This document shows, piece after piece, positions 46,601 to 58,745 of a stretch of 64,000 nucleotides of DNA (position 1 is its first letter; each line of letters begins with the position of its first letter). This DNA comes from Marsupella aquatica (taxonomy: Eukaryota; Plantae; Marchantiophyta). The position numbers were made by a program, and so were the translations under genes. The notes below the pieces were generated by a model. That model saw nothing but the letters and a program-made list of their open reading frames with translations, did no database searches and was not told the origin of the DNA. The stretch is from assembly GCA_973895155.1 (NCBI GenBank), contig OZ316897.1, positions 2,369,316 to 2,433,315 on the forward strand. The letters run 5' to 3'.

Positions 46601-47210
46601 AAATTGGAGACGTGAGATAACATTGAGTGCTTGCAGGTCCGAGCACAACCAAGTGATAGAAATAAATATATATTTTTGTTTTAAACATTGAAATAAATGA
46701 ATAAAAATTATTTATATTCAAGTTTTTCCAAAAATTAAAAATTAATATCCAATTTTTTAAATTCCAATTTTAGTAATTACATTGTTTTAATTATATTTTC
46801 ATCTTTGTTAAGTTTGGGCAGGAGGCAATTGAGATTTAAAGGGGTATGGATGGATCTGACTACTTTGTCAGGAAAATAAAATAAATTTTTAGTAAAGGGT
46901 TACTATTAATTCACATTTTTTATTGAGTTTGTAAAGGGAAGTATACTTGACCCTAGTGCATTGATAGAGTCACTCCTCATTTTCTTTGTGTTGTGTGATC
47001 TCTTCTTGCTTGGAAACCGTGCCCTTCATTTACATTCCCACTACATTAAATGTACTTTTTGCTTTATTCCTTATCTTTGCTTACATGTTTTTATGTTTGT
47101 CATTTAAAGTACACTTCAAATTTGAAAGACTACCACTCTATAAAATGGCGCACCCTTGTATTATAGTAATTAATGGGTCATAAAGTTGAAGGGAACAACC
47201 CTATAACTGG

Positions 47211-47390
47211 GAGAGATATGCTTAGTAGACCCCCTTCTGGAAAAAAATTGCTTAATAAACCCCCTTGATACTCTTTCCCAATCTGGACCATTGATGGATC
47301 TTTTGATCGCAAATCTGGACGGTTGATAGACCTCAGAGGGTAAATCAAATAACAAATTTCCTTTTTGGGGGTAGATGAAGCAAATCCCTC
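47211..47390. mobile_element. 180-bp Mutator-like MITE upstream of the ASI1-like gene
   Basis: Imperfect TIRs GAGAGATATGCTTAGTAGACCCC / GGGGTAGATGAAGCAAATCCCTC; 9-bp TSD TATAACTGG/TATAACCGG. Confidence 0.8.
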
Positions 47391-48774
47391 TATAACCGGT
47401 GGAGATGTCAAAGTAGCCTTTTAAGCTGGATATGACGTTTACTTTTACAACCAGGATAAACAACTGACGAGCTACAGTACCTATAAATGGCATTTCCAAA
47501 AAGTCACATGTGATCTTGCTTATGGCAAACGTCTTTATGGCACAGTGACACGCCCTAGTGATGGATAATATTCCGCATTGAACACAGTGGTTAAATATAT
47601 TAATAAAATAGGCCGTTCTCGCCGTCACCTGATCGCTCCGCCGTCTTCCGCCCCCGTCTGTTAAATGTCTGTGTACCGAACAAGAAAATTGCGGCGCTCT
47701 CGTCGTTTCTACAGTTCTACTGCTTTTTCGTTCCCGCGCCAATCTTGAGCTCCGGATGGTCCTGTGCTTCGCTCTGTAATCAGGGTTCCTCCATCGCCAC
47801 TTGTGCAATGCAGGTTCAGATTTTGAGTCGAATTCGATTTGCTTCTCGTGCGCTTCGAGCGAATTGAACAGATTTGTATTTCATCGATGCAGACTTCTTT
47901 GGTCCTTTTCTTTCTCTCCTATTTTGCATCGATCTGCTTTCCAGACTCTCTTCTGTGTCTTGTATTTTTTGCCTCCGTCGGCCATTCGGCCCGATTCCTT
48001 GTCGGTGAAGTGGTTGGTTGGATTTGAAATGGATGCTGAACTTACGACGATATTAAGCCGAAGCATGCGCACTGTCAATCGGTCGTCGAGCATGCGTCGC
48101 CGGTGTCACTCAAACCGAGAAAGATTGTTATGATTGCGAGAATGTTCTGAGAGGATGTGTTTTGGAGGAAGTCGGACGAAAGAGAAGCTACCGATGTCCT
48201 ACTTTGGATAGCGCATTGCCGAGCCTCTACTCTCGACTGTAAACTCAAATTCTATGGACGAATCCGAATGGTAAAGCAACTCAAATGCTGCATTGACAAA
48301 TGCGCACGATAATTCCGCATGGAGGAGAGGTTGAAGGGTTGATTACCGTCAGAGTGACTACGCTGGTCATATTTAACGAGACCTCCAACGATAAGCTAAT
48401 GTTTGCTGGTTTGAATAGAGGTGTGATGTTGAGCTATTATGATGAGAGAGTCTAGAAGACGCACATTCACGATCTTGCGCGGCGTTCACTTACAATGCGG
48501 TACACTTCATTGTTCTGAAAATGTTGACTAGACCAATCAGTTCTTCAGGAGGCCGTTCTACAGCCACATTTCAGGGTTTATGCACTGGGGACGCATAACG
48601 GAGGTCGTGCGTTCCTTCTGGCGGATTGTTTTGCTGGCGAGTGTGCGGATGGAATCTGCAGCCTACTAGACGACTCGTGACTGGAATACGGAAACACCCG
48701 TGGAGAGTGAAACTAGTACGGGTTATTGAATTCGCTGATGATGGCTTCTTTAACGTAGTTTCAATTCTAGCAAT

Positions 48775-48944
48775 ACACCCATGGCTTCCATGACCTTGAG
48801 GCTATAGAAGACACTCCTTGAAAAGTATTTCATTGGAAGAAAGGAGAGGACATTGTCGAACACCCATGGCTTCCATGACCTTGAGGCTATAGACGACACT
48901 CTTTGAAAAGTATTTCATTGGAAGAAAGGAGAGGACATTGTCGA
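48775..48944. repeat. 85-bp tandem duplication (2 copies) in the ASI1-like leader region
   Basis: ACACCCATGGCTTCCATGACCTTGAGGCTATAGA...GGACATTGTCGA at 48775 and 48860, two mismatches. Confidence 0.92.
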
Positions 48945-49726
48945 CCTATCACAATGTTACAAACAGAATACAAACAGGGCTGATTCTTCATCGTTTCAAC
49001 CTGATAACCGTATGGTTACATTTGCCAGATTATCCTCTGATAAAGGGGGAAAAGGAAATGATCGTCAAGCACAGGTTTTTTGAGGTGGACAAGCAATGGA
49101 TGATGGCCTAACGATTTGAATCAATTCTTTTGTTTCCAGTTCGACGTTTCATATGTCGTCCAGGACGGAGAAACGCCGAAAATTCTATCCAACCGAGCGA
49201 CTAGAGATTCGGAGCTTCTCTGTACCACAGCGGGACTGTCAAGCATCCGACGCTTCAGTGCTCCAGTTTCACCCCTTTATCTCAATTGTATTCCACTAAT
49301 TCTCGACCGTGGCGGCTTCGAAGGAACTTCGGAATTGCTTTGTAATCTCTCCCCCGCCTCTCTAACTGGCTGCTCAGTTCTGTTCTGCACTACCCAAGTC
49401 TTACGACGGCGATCATTGGTGTAGTCAGGGAGGAGTGCAAGTTTTAGTTCTTTGGAAGAAAAACAGGAGCTGGTGCTCAATCTGCGAAACAAACATCCTG
49501 AAACAGCTTTGAATTTGGCCAAATTTGGGTATAAAATCGGGACGTCCAATCCTTAGCGTGAGGGCCGGATATGTCCTACAAATATATCCGACGCAGACTA
49601 GTAGAATTCCATGATCGTGACGAGCAGCTTTTTTTAGAATAGGCCATATCGTTTGATTCGAGATACTATTCTCCACCTGGTACGGAATAAACAAAGATTA
49701 AACGGCGATTAGGCAATTTTAAACCG

Positions 49727-52700
49727 ATGTACGAGCATGAGGAGCATGTGCGCACTTCTAATGTGCGGAAGTCTGCGAAGGAAGAAGAGGTGGATAGGTT
49801 TGGGGTATGTTGGGGCGCAGAACTTCTGGACGGCAGGGAAGAGGAGGAGCCGAAGAACAAATCTATAAGGCAATTTTCTTCCTTCTATTTGCATGGAAGG
49901 AAGTATGGCGTGGATGACACGGTCTATCTACTGTCGGGAGATCGACATGGAACTCCATATATCGGCAGGATTGGAAGATTGTACGAAAATGTCAAGGACA
50001 AGGAAAAGCAAATGCATGTTAGGTGGTTCTGCAGACCCTGCGAGATGCCTGAAGGGTTACCGGATGTTGATTACAGCGAGAACTGCAAAGAGGTCTTCGT
50101 GATGTGGGGCAATTGTGCCAAAAATATCAACAATCCGGTAAGATTGGTCGTTTTCATAAATCCTTGTCTCTATCAGTCAACGTCTGGTACACTCTTCTCC
50201 CTGGTGTTGGTCCTGATCCGGAGATTCGGTGCTGTAGTCATGAAATGTATGACCGTCATTAGGCATTTATGATTATTTTGGCTGCAAAATTGAAGTTTTC
50301 CCTTCCCCTCTGACAGTGCTTTTAAGCGAAAAACCTCTGGAGTTAAACTAAAAAGACAGGTAACATTGAAACTTTGAGTGAGTCACCCGCCAGATTAAGT
50401 TAGGAGCCGCCGAATAGGAGGTGTCCAGTGTGTGCAAGTGCAGCGTTCAGTATGCTTGTTGAGAAATGATGATTAGCTTCGTCCCATCTGTACAGGCTTC
50501 AACTCTAAGACATTGTTCGGTTCTCTGCACTGCGGAAGAAGACTGGAACAAAAATGTCCCTTCTATTGAAGAGATAGCAGCCGCCGACCACACATTCGAT
50601 CGTGCATATGATCTCAGGACCGGAAAGTTAAGGAGCCTTGATAGCATTGTGAAACATTATGGTGAGCACCTTGTCACTGGCACTGGTCGGCGAACACGAG
50701 CACCCGGGAAATCCCGCAAGATGACTCCAGGTATTCGCCCTCCCCTTGACCATCAGCCACTTCCACTCGCCATGCGTGCATCATCACACCTCCCCTCTCT
50801 AGAGCTTGCCTGGCATCGCTCAGAACTCGCGGGTCTTCCGGCCTTGGTAACATCTCCGAATACCCCATCACCTATTGACCCCGTTGAAGGACATACGGAA
50901 AGTTTTGTTCCAAAGCTTTCAGTCTCAGGCTTGAAGACTGCCAGCCACGACTCTAACAAAGTGAGATTGGCCCACTCGAAGGGTGCGGAAGACAGGATGA
51001 TTCCGAATGCAGCTAAACAGGGTAGCAAGAGGACACTAGTGAAGAATGCCGCAACCTTAGATTCGCAGAAAAGGCCAAGAGTGGACAGATCTGACAGTTC
51101 ATTGCCACAGCAGGGTCGGGTGAGGCTTGATGGTAGTGATCTTCCCTCTCCAGGATTCTCACATGGGAGAAATAATTCCTCGATTGACAGCACAGGTGCA
51201 GGCCCATATGGCAATGCAGTCTTGAATAGGGAAAGACAGAAGTCTACGCTAAGAGTCGCAGGTAAACAGACGTCTTCGGAGGATAAGAAGAGATCTAGAG
51301 CGAATTCCTTAGATCAATTAACAGAGAAAGGCAAACTTAAGAAGCCCAAGTTGAGCGTCCCGTTTCACGCTCCTGGCGTTGCGCTCACAAAGAAGGTCAG
51401 CAAGGTTGAAAGCAATGTCTCCTTATCAATACCAACTGGTCCCAAGATGGGTGAGCTGAGATCTCCAAAGGTGCCTGAGAGAAACCTGCCTGAGAACAGC
51501 GTAGAGTGTCATCAGGCACGTCAGTCACTATCAATAAAAAAACGAGACGTTAGAGTCGCCTCTGCCCCGGTTGCGGCAAGATGCTTGGCAAAAGACGAGA
51601 AATCTTCCAACCGTGATCACATGGGAAATCAATTCCAAATTTCACCTAGGTCAGTGGGAGTAGAAAATGCCGAGTTACTCTCCCCCAAAGATGGCAACAC
51701 GTCCACTACACTCAGTGGTAAAAGACATTCGGATCCGAAGCTGGAAACAATACACCGTGTAAAGAAGCAATCCATTACAGGAGCAAATGTGGGTCTTTCT
51801 GATCGGGAAGAAAGACATTGTCTACAGATGCAGTCCAGCAAAGAGAAAATTGTTAATATTTCACCCTCAAGTAGACATTCTACTCCAATGTGTCTTTCTG
51901 ATGCGAGTAGACATCAGGAGGCTCCTGAAAATATATCACCTAAACATCAAAACGGCGCTAGTCTGAAGTGTACAGACTTGGAGCTGGACACAAAGCTCTT
52001 CGGCAAGAGCTCTGCACATGGGCGCGAGCGGCGATATCAATCTAGTATGAAGGATGACGTCAACGAAGTGAACCCAAAGCTTCCAAAGGGTCAAAAAGGA
52101 TCTTCCTCCAATCATGTACTTACTGATGGAGATGTGTCACCAACTTCTAACACGAATCTGCGTCCTAGTGAAGGGAATTGGAATGGTATGAAGGAGTCCC
52201 GGGTGAAACACGAGTCTTTCCTTTCCAGCAAAAGGTCAGGATCTTCTTTAGAAGGTTCACGATGTTCAGAAGTGGGTTCCCCTCACATCGCTTCCAAAGA
52301 GAGGCCTGGTAGCGAGTTGGGAGTCGGTACTCTTAAGAGCAAGATCATGAAACACAGTGAACCACAGCCAATCGAAACAGATACTCAACAAGTTCATGAG
52401 GAACTAAAAGTGAAAAAGATCGGTCTTGTAGCCAAGGGTGTCCCTAGAGTGTCTTCTAAGAAACAATCCGACCAGACCAAGCTTGCTGAAACTTCTAGAC
52501 TACCTCCTCAAGGATTGGCTAAGAGGGTTGCCAAAGTACCAGTGAAGAATCATAAAATCTCCGAGCCTGGACTAGCTGCTCGAAAGGAAAATCCACCTGC
52601 AGGACTTGATACCACCGTTGCTCCACCCGAAGAGAAGGGGCGAGAAACTTTTCAGGTGGGGTTTTCCCTCTCTTCGTCATTGTGTAGGGACTTAGACTGT

Positions 52701-55630
52701 ATGCAACACACTTCAATATTGACGATGAATGTACTTCTCCTAAACCGTCGGGAAGTGTTGCCGTTAGCCTTTATGACATTTTCTTACTGCTTGAGGTTTC
52801 TAGAGGCCCTCTGTTGCTCAGCCTGGGAGTGATTGTTGGTTAACTTATGGAGTTTCTCTACTGATTATTTCGAATGTCATGTGACATTTGGTTTACCCTC
52901 TGGGAGCAGCCGAAGAAGAAGATTTTCAACTTCGTAAGTTTTCAGAGCCTCCCGCAGTTCGTATTTGGAATTTTTTTCCTTTGCAATGTAGTTGGTCTGC
53001 TTCAGTGTCCCAGACTCGCGCCAGAGCAGTATCCAACAACTTTCCGAAAGTATGGAATAGTAATCTGTAAGCGATCTCCTGTTCAGCTTGCCAAAATCAT
53101 CATTCTCTTGTATCACTGACGATTCGTCGGGGTAGATTTCTTAAAAGTGTCACGTGGTGAGTCATGTCAGACACTCCTACATCGGAAATTTAAATTGACA
53201 GTTATACAGGTCTATGTGTCTTGCTATGAAATTTAACATTGCATGGGCCAGAAGACCTGACATGCATGTCTGGATTTCTAGCCTTGGGAGGATACTCTAC
53301 GGATTGCTCTGGAGCAAGGAAAGGCTCTCTTCCTGCAGAACTTAGACCCGTGGTTTTCATCAGCCGAGATGGAGGTAAATATTTGAGTGGCCGCCAGCAA
53401 CAAGTATGTCTTAAAATTTTAATCAATAGAGCATTCAGGTCAAACAGTGCTTTTTGGTTTGCTTGTGGGGTGGGGGCTGGCGCTCGCGTGGCGTAATGTG
53501 TGGGAACTGATTGCATTATTTATGAAAACAAAGGGGCACACTTTATAGACGGGAACTCTGCTTGCTTGACTAGTCTATACGTGGGACTTCATAGTGATAA
53601 TATTGGTGTGATGTTTGAACGACGTTTCTGGAGAATATCGATGGTTAAATTGTTGAGACACTGGCTTAGGACTCCTTCGCCTACTTCGCTCAGTTGGTCA
53701 CTATAATGCGCTTTCAAAATTGATAGGTAAATGAAGGTCTGGAATTTATGGATGTGCTGGCTGATATTTGATTGCAGACCGATTTGCAAGAGCTGCTGCG
53801 AGTTAGTTGTGATGTGCGCATACTTCCACCAAAGAATTTTACGTGCTACACTTCAGGTTGTCGAGTGTGGGCAAGCTCTCTTAGTCAAATCGAACTTTTC
53901 CTGCCAATATCTTTTCTTGAGTAGCTTCGGCCTATTAGTATTCTGAGAGCCTCTGAGTTTTCCTGCCAACCGCATGTGTACAAAATCAAATAGTTATATA
54001 CTTTTGGATGGATCTTCAGGGCAAGCTCTTGTTCTGTTTCACTCCCACGGTGCAGCAAAGGACGCTTTACAGAAATTCACCGATAACTTGTTGATTTGGT
54101 CAAAAGATGAAAGGTAAGTCTCCAAATAATACATGTCATGGTACGGTATTGAGCAATCTGTCTCTTTTTCACTTAAAGATAATGAATCACTCAAAAGTAC
54201 AAGATGAATTGATGGTGTGCCCCTTGCTTTCTGATATTGTAAAATGAGTTTCTTTGCGCTCCACCCTCCAGCCAACCTGAGCTTCCTAGATGCACCGGTC
54301 CTCCTATGAAAAGAGTCTGTCACAACGATGCTTGCCTCGTTGATTCTGGTAGGAAACAGTTGGTGAAGATTTTGATTTTATCATACCTTTGTTAGGTCAG
54401 GGACTTTTAATTTCTGCTTATATCAAGTAATGTTGGAAACTCAGCAGTACGTGTAGTCACATCCTACACATTTGCTGATCCCCTGAGTGCATGTAACAGG
54501 CCTGTGCTAGCAAGTTTGGCTGACGCGACGACAGCAGTTGGCAGTCGCATTCATGGCTTCTATCATGCCGAATTATCTAGTTCACGGGGCGTACACCCTG
54601 CTGGCGAGGACCAGGTATCTACTGTCTTTGGAAGTCAACGTAAGAAAAGGGCAATCTAGAAGTTCAGCCAAAAAATGTATGGTCCCTACGGTTTGGAGTC
54701 GGTATTGGCTTACCTTAGCAGTAGTTCTTGTTGCATTTGTAGTATCTTCGGGACCAGTTATCGCTCGTTTGGAATCGAGAATACGGGATTTGTTTATGGT
54801 CTTTTACTGCGGAAGCTGAGAGTTTTGAACGAGTAATCCCTCTGATTGCAGGGTAAGTCTTAAGCAAACTGGAGACTTAGTAAATAAGAGATTTACTCAA
54901 CAATAGTTCTCTGTGAATTTCGTTTCCTCGAGGTCTTCTCTTGTTTATCCATAACGCACGTAGCAGAAGATTGGCAAGTGGAAATTCAAACTGACGATGC
55001 TCGAAATATTGTCTTCAGAAAAATGCTGTGGCAACTTCACACTGCTCACAACCGAATACAGTGGAGTATGAGATGGGTATACAATGGCGCCTACTCCAGG
55101 ATCGGCACACAGAGGCATGGACTATTGCAGCCGAGGTTGGTAAAAATTGTACCTCTTCATTTTGTTCCCTCAGAGAACGGGACAGGGGGGTATCTCCTGT
55201 ACTGGAGTCCTAGTTTATGTTTTTACTTCCTGGGAAACACAAAACAATGCCCAAGGCAATTGGATCTTTCTGGAGACTGTGATTCGAGTTCTGTTTAGAC
55301 TTACCTGCTTTTGACGCCTATTCTCTTGCCAACAATAAGTAGCGTGGCTTGAATGGTGAAAGGTTTGAATGGTCCATTTATATTTTGATGTGTGAGCTTA
55401 CTGTAGAGAGAACGCCATTAATGAAGTTGAGAATGGGCACTCAGCTAGCAAGTGTGGACAGGCACCATTTGAATAAGTTATGGTACTATCCGCTACACCA
55501 GAAGTTCACTTTCTATTGAGCATGCTTGTTAATAAGATTGATCAGCAAGTCACAGATTCAAAAATTGTACTTGCAGGATCAAAAGGCTACAATCGATCAT
55601 CCAGAACACGAAAGCAAGCCGAAAAAATAG
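49727..55630 (+). CDS. ASI1: ANTI-SILENCING 1 (ASI1/IBM2/SG1)-like BAH + RRM protein, ~1058 aa, 9 exons: 49727-50137, 50496-52655, 53006-53059, 53282-53374, 53778-53856, 54020-54113, 54500-54614, 55019-55135, 55577-55630
   Basis: BAH (FSSFYLHGRKYGVDDTVYL, PYIGRIGRLYE, VRWFCRP, KEVF); RRM region PWED..EQGKALFLQNLDPWFSSAEME..GQALVLF; signature NAVATSHCSQPNTVEYEMGIQWRLLQ; in-frame GT-AG junctions (exon 3 least certain). Confidence 0.88.
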
Positions 55631-56330
55631 GGATTGAGCACATCTCTATCGTAACTTCTGGGTAGATGTCGCTCTTCTCCTACCCTTCGACATGTGAAAC
55701 CTCGCCTTCAAGCAGTTAACAAAATTGACTTTGCAGTTCTTTCAGGCTTCCTAACAAAATTGCAGATTTGAGGCTGGTCTTCGCTTCCATTGTTGCACGA
55801 TGGCAAGGGTCACGCAGTAATGTTCAGGCAAACTCAGTACGTACTGCGAACTCTTCAATCATATTCTTTTAGTTGGCTGCTTCTCATACAAAATTGAGGT
55901 TGTGAAGGCAATTGCAGCTCATGTGTCCATGATTTAGCCTCTTGACATTGGCAAATCAGAAGTTCCTTATCGAGGAAGACTATCCTTGCGCGCACTGATG
56001 GTCGAGGACTTCTTGTTCGACGAACCTTTTCTTATTGGATGGAATTTTTCCACTTCCTTCGGTTGCACTCCATAATCTCTAACTCTAGAGAGATTTCAAG
56101 CATGGAAGCAGTCATGAACTGAGTTTGTCACCGAGAGTGACACCAGGTACTGTAGATACACGATGCAAGCCACCAGCTTTAAGTGCACGGCTTGCTCAAT
56201 TTGATCGACATCGTACTTACGTTAGGGCTGCAAAGAGATAAGCCTAATGGCTAGCTAATTGGAGCAATTGTTTTCAATAGGAAATCTTTTTCTCAACAAC
56301 TATACTAGCAAGCTCATCGGTGTTGAGGAA

Positions 56331-56552
56331 CACGTGATATGTCTGGGTATTTTCTTTCCAAATATGTCACTCTGTAACATCTCAGATTCATTGTGTAATT
56401 ACTTTCATTCAAGGCATGAATTCCAATCAAAGTAGCATGGTTATCTTGTTGAAGCAACCTTACTTCCACGTGATGTCTGGGTTTTTTGTGTCCAAATATG
56501 TCACCCTGTAGTATCTCGGTCCATTGTGTATTCCATCCATTCAAGGCATGAA
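56331..56552. repeat. degenerate ~90-bp direct repeat (2 copies)
   Basis: CACGTGAT..GTCTGGGT..TCCAAATATGTCAC..CATTCAAGGCATGAAT at ~56331 and ~56467. Confidence 0.75.
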
Positions 56553-57197
56553 TGCCAAGCACGACCCGTAGTTGTCTTCGACTTTTCATCAAAGCAAGAA
56601 GAAAAGGATTAGGTTTTATGTGGTCCTCGCTTGGCTCATTTCTCCTCAGGTAGTTTTCCTCTTGTGGCCCCTTTTTAGTGAAGTGGTTGGTGTGTTTACC
56701 AAAGGGTAGTCCTCAGCATTATTTGTTTGGCTAATGCTTTTTGGAGGAGTCCCCAATCGGCAGTGTAAGCCCTGAGATCCACGAGGAGCTATGTTCCCAA
56801 GAAAGGTTCCCCCGAGAAACCTTTCTTGTGACTTTTGCTTCACATTTTCATTCAAGGTTATGGGACAGTTATGTTAATGGTGTTTGATAGTTCAGTAACT
56901 CCTCTCGAGTATAATTTTTCCAATACTCACTTCTTGTGTTTCTACTTAGTAACCCATTCCCTCTTTGGGTGCCATGGCTTGTAACCTCCATGAGAAATTT
57001 GCCTAAATCAAAGGGTTGTCCAGTTGTTGTCACATCTAAGTCATCTAAAGACTAGATCCTAAACACGTCAATGGAAACAACTATGACGACTTCAGAAATG
57101 GTCGTCAACCTCTCACAAATGAAAGCTATATACAAGTGCAAAGCTTCAAACACCACCCAAGAAATACTGGAGACTGCAGGTCTATTAGACCACCTAT

Positions 57198-57600
57198 AAG
57201 TTATGACCGGAATGGGCTTCCACCTTTTACGGTGAGTACATTGTTCACCACAAGTTATGACCGGAATGGGGTTTTTGTATGGGCAGAGGAATAAGCAATT
57301 ATGAGGCACTGAATGGGGTTTTTGTATGGGCAGGTGTGGTGCGTACATTGTTCACCACAAGAGAGGAATGAGCAATTCACCACAAGAGAGGAATGAGCAA
57401 AAAGGAGGCAGTGAACATTGTTCACCACAAGAGAGGAATGAGCAATAAGGAGGCAGTGAATGGGGTTTTTGTATGGGCAGAGGAATAAGCAATTATGAGG
57501 CACTGAATGGGGTGGAGGCAGTGAATGGGGTTTTTGTATGGGCAGAGGAATAAGCAATTATGAGGCACTGAATGGGGTTTTTATATGGGCAGGTGTGGTT
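57198..57600. repeat. complex mosaic tandem repeat
   Basis: Interleaved modules GAATGGGGTTTTTGTATGGGCAG, AGGAATAAGCAATTATGAGGCACT, ACATTGTTCACCACAAG and AGAGGAATGAGCAA. Confidence 0.9.
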
Positions 57601-58534
57601 TAAGAGTGATAGCCTTTCCATCCTGTCCATTCGGTAGTCCAGCTGCAAAATGAGTGGGGGTAAAAAACTCTCCTTGTAGTCGGTGAGTTTCAAAACTTTT
57701 GACCTTCATCTTGCTTTCCATTTCATTTCTCTTCTTTTCCATGTGCAGACTCAATTCTAGTTTCCTCTTTCCCCACTGATCAAAAAATTTCAATCCTCCC
57801 CCCACAGATCTCCTAGCCATTTTGTGTCATAAGCTCTTACAATGCAATTGTGTAGTCCATTACCATGCAATTCATTTGTATAGCCCAGGATGGTCTACCA
57901 TGATTGAGAGTCCAATTTCAATGCCAAACAAGGTCAACTACTAGTGCAGTGTTGAAACAAGCATTTGCCATGCCGCATCATCACCAAGAATAGATTGACC
58001 CCAATGTTTGCAAATAGTGAGAGGTGTAATAGAAGTTTCTGCCAAACTTTGTCAAGGAGATGTAAATCAAGATGGACCCAAGAATATCATGAAGTGAACT
58101 CATCATGCACAATGTATTCATGCTAACTGAAACTGAATTGACAAGTCAAACCTCCAAAACAATGACATGCTACAAAACGTCTGCACAGTCTTGTCTCTTT
58201 ACACAATATTTTTACAATGTGGATGCTATGTATGTGAGGTCTTTGCAAGTGTGAAATCTGACTACATTGTGCACTATGTATACCTGGCACACATGTTCTT
58301 GTGCTCAGTATGGCCAGTTATGTTTGCTTGGGCATGTGTGACAAGGTCAAAATAGTCTCTTTAAAGCCAAGAGTAGCTTACTGTCAAATTGTAATTGTGT
58401 ATATAAGTTGAAAGACAAGTAGATTTGTCGAAAGTGACTGGATTTTTACGTGTTAGTTCTAATAAGTCAATGACGCAGCCAGGAACCGGAATTGAGAGGG
58501 GAATTTGGTCCCAGGGTGGCATTGGAGCCATTGA

Positions 58535-58745
58535 GGGGTTCCCACATTATTTTCTTTTAGATCTTTCACACCTTGTGGGGCTCCCACATTTTCCCCTTCC
58601 TCACACCAAAGGAGGGACTCCCGCATTTTGTTTCTTTCCTCACATCAAGGAAGTGACTCCCACATCTTTCACTTTTTCATACAAGGAAGGGATTCCCACA
58701 CTTTCTCCCCTTGCCTTTCCTGGCTTGTGGGGTTCCCACCCTTTC
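58535..58745. repeat. degenerate ~36-42-bp minisatellite with core GGG(A/G)(C/T)TCCCACAT (6 units)
   Basis: Cores at ~58535, 58577, 58614, 58653, 58689 and 58729. Confidence 0.65.

Noticed and set aside
57198-58745. CRISPR-like reading of the repeat arrays
   Set aside because: Eukaryotic context, no cas genes, and the spacers are not unique or the repeats are too degenerate
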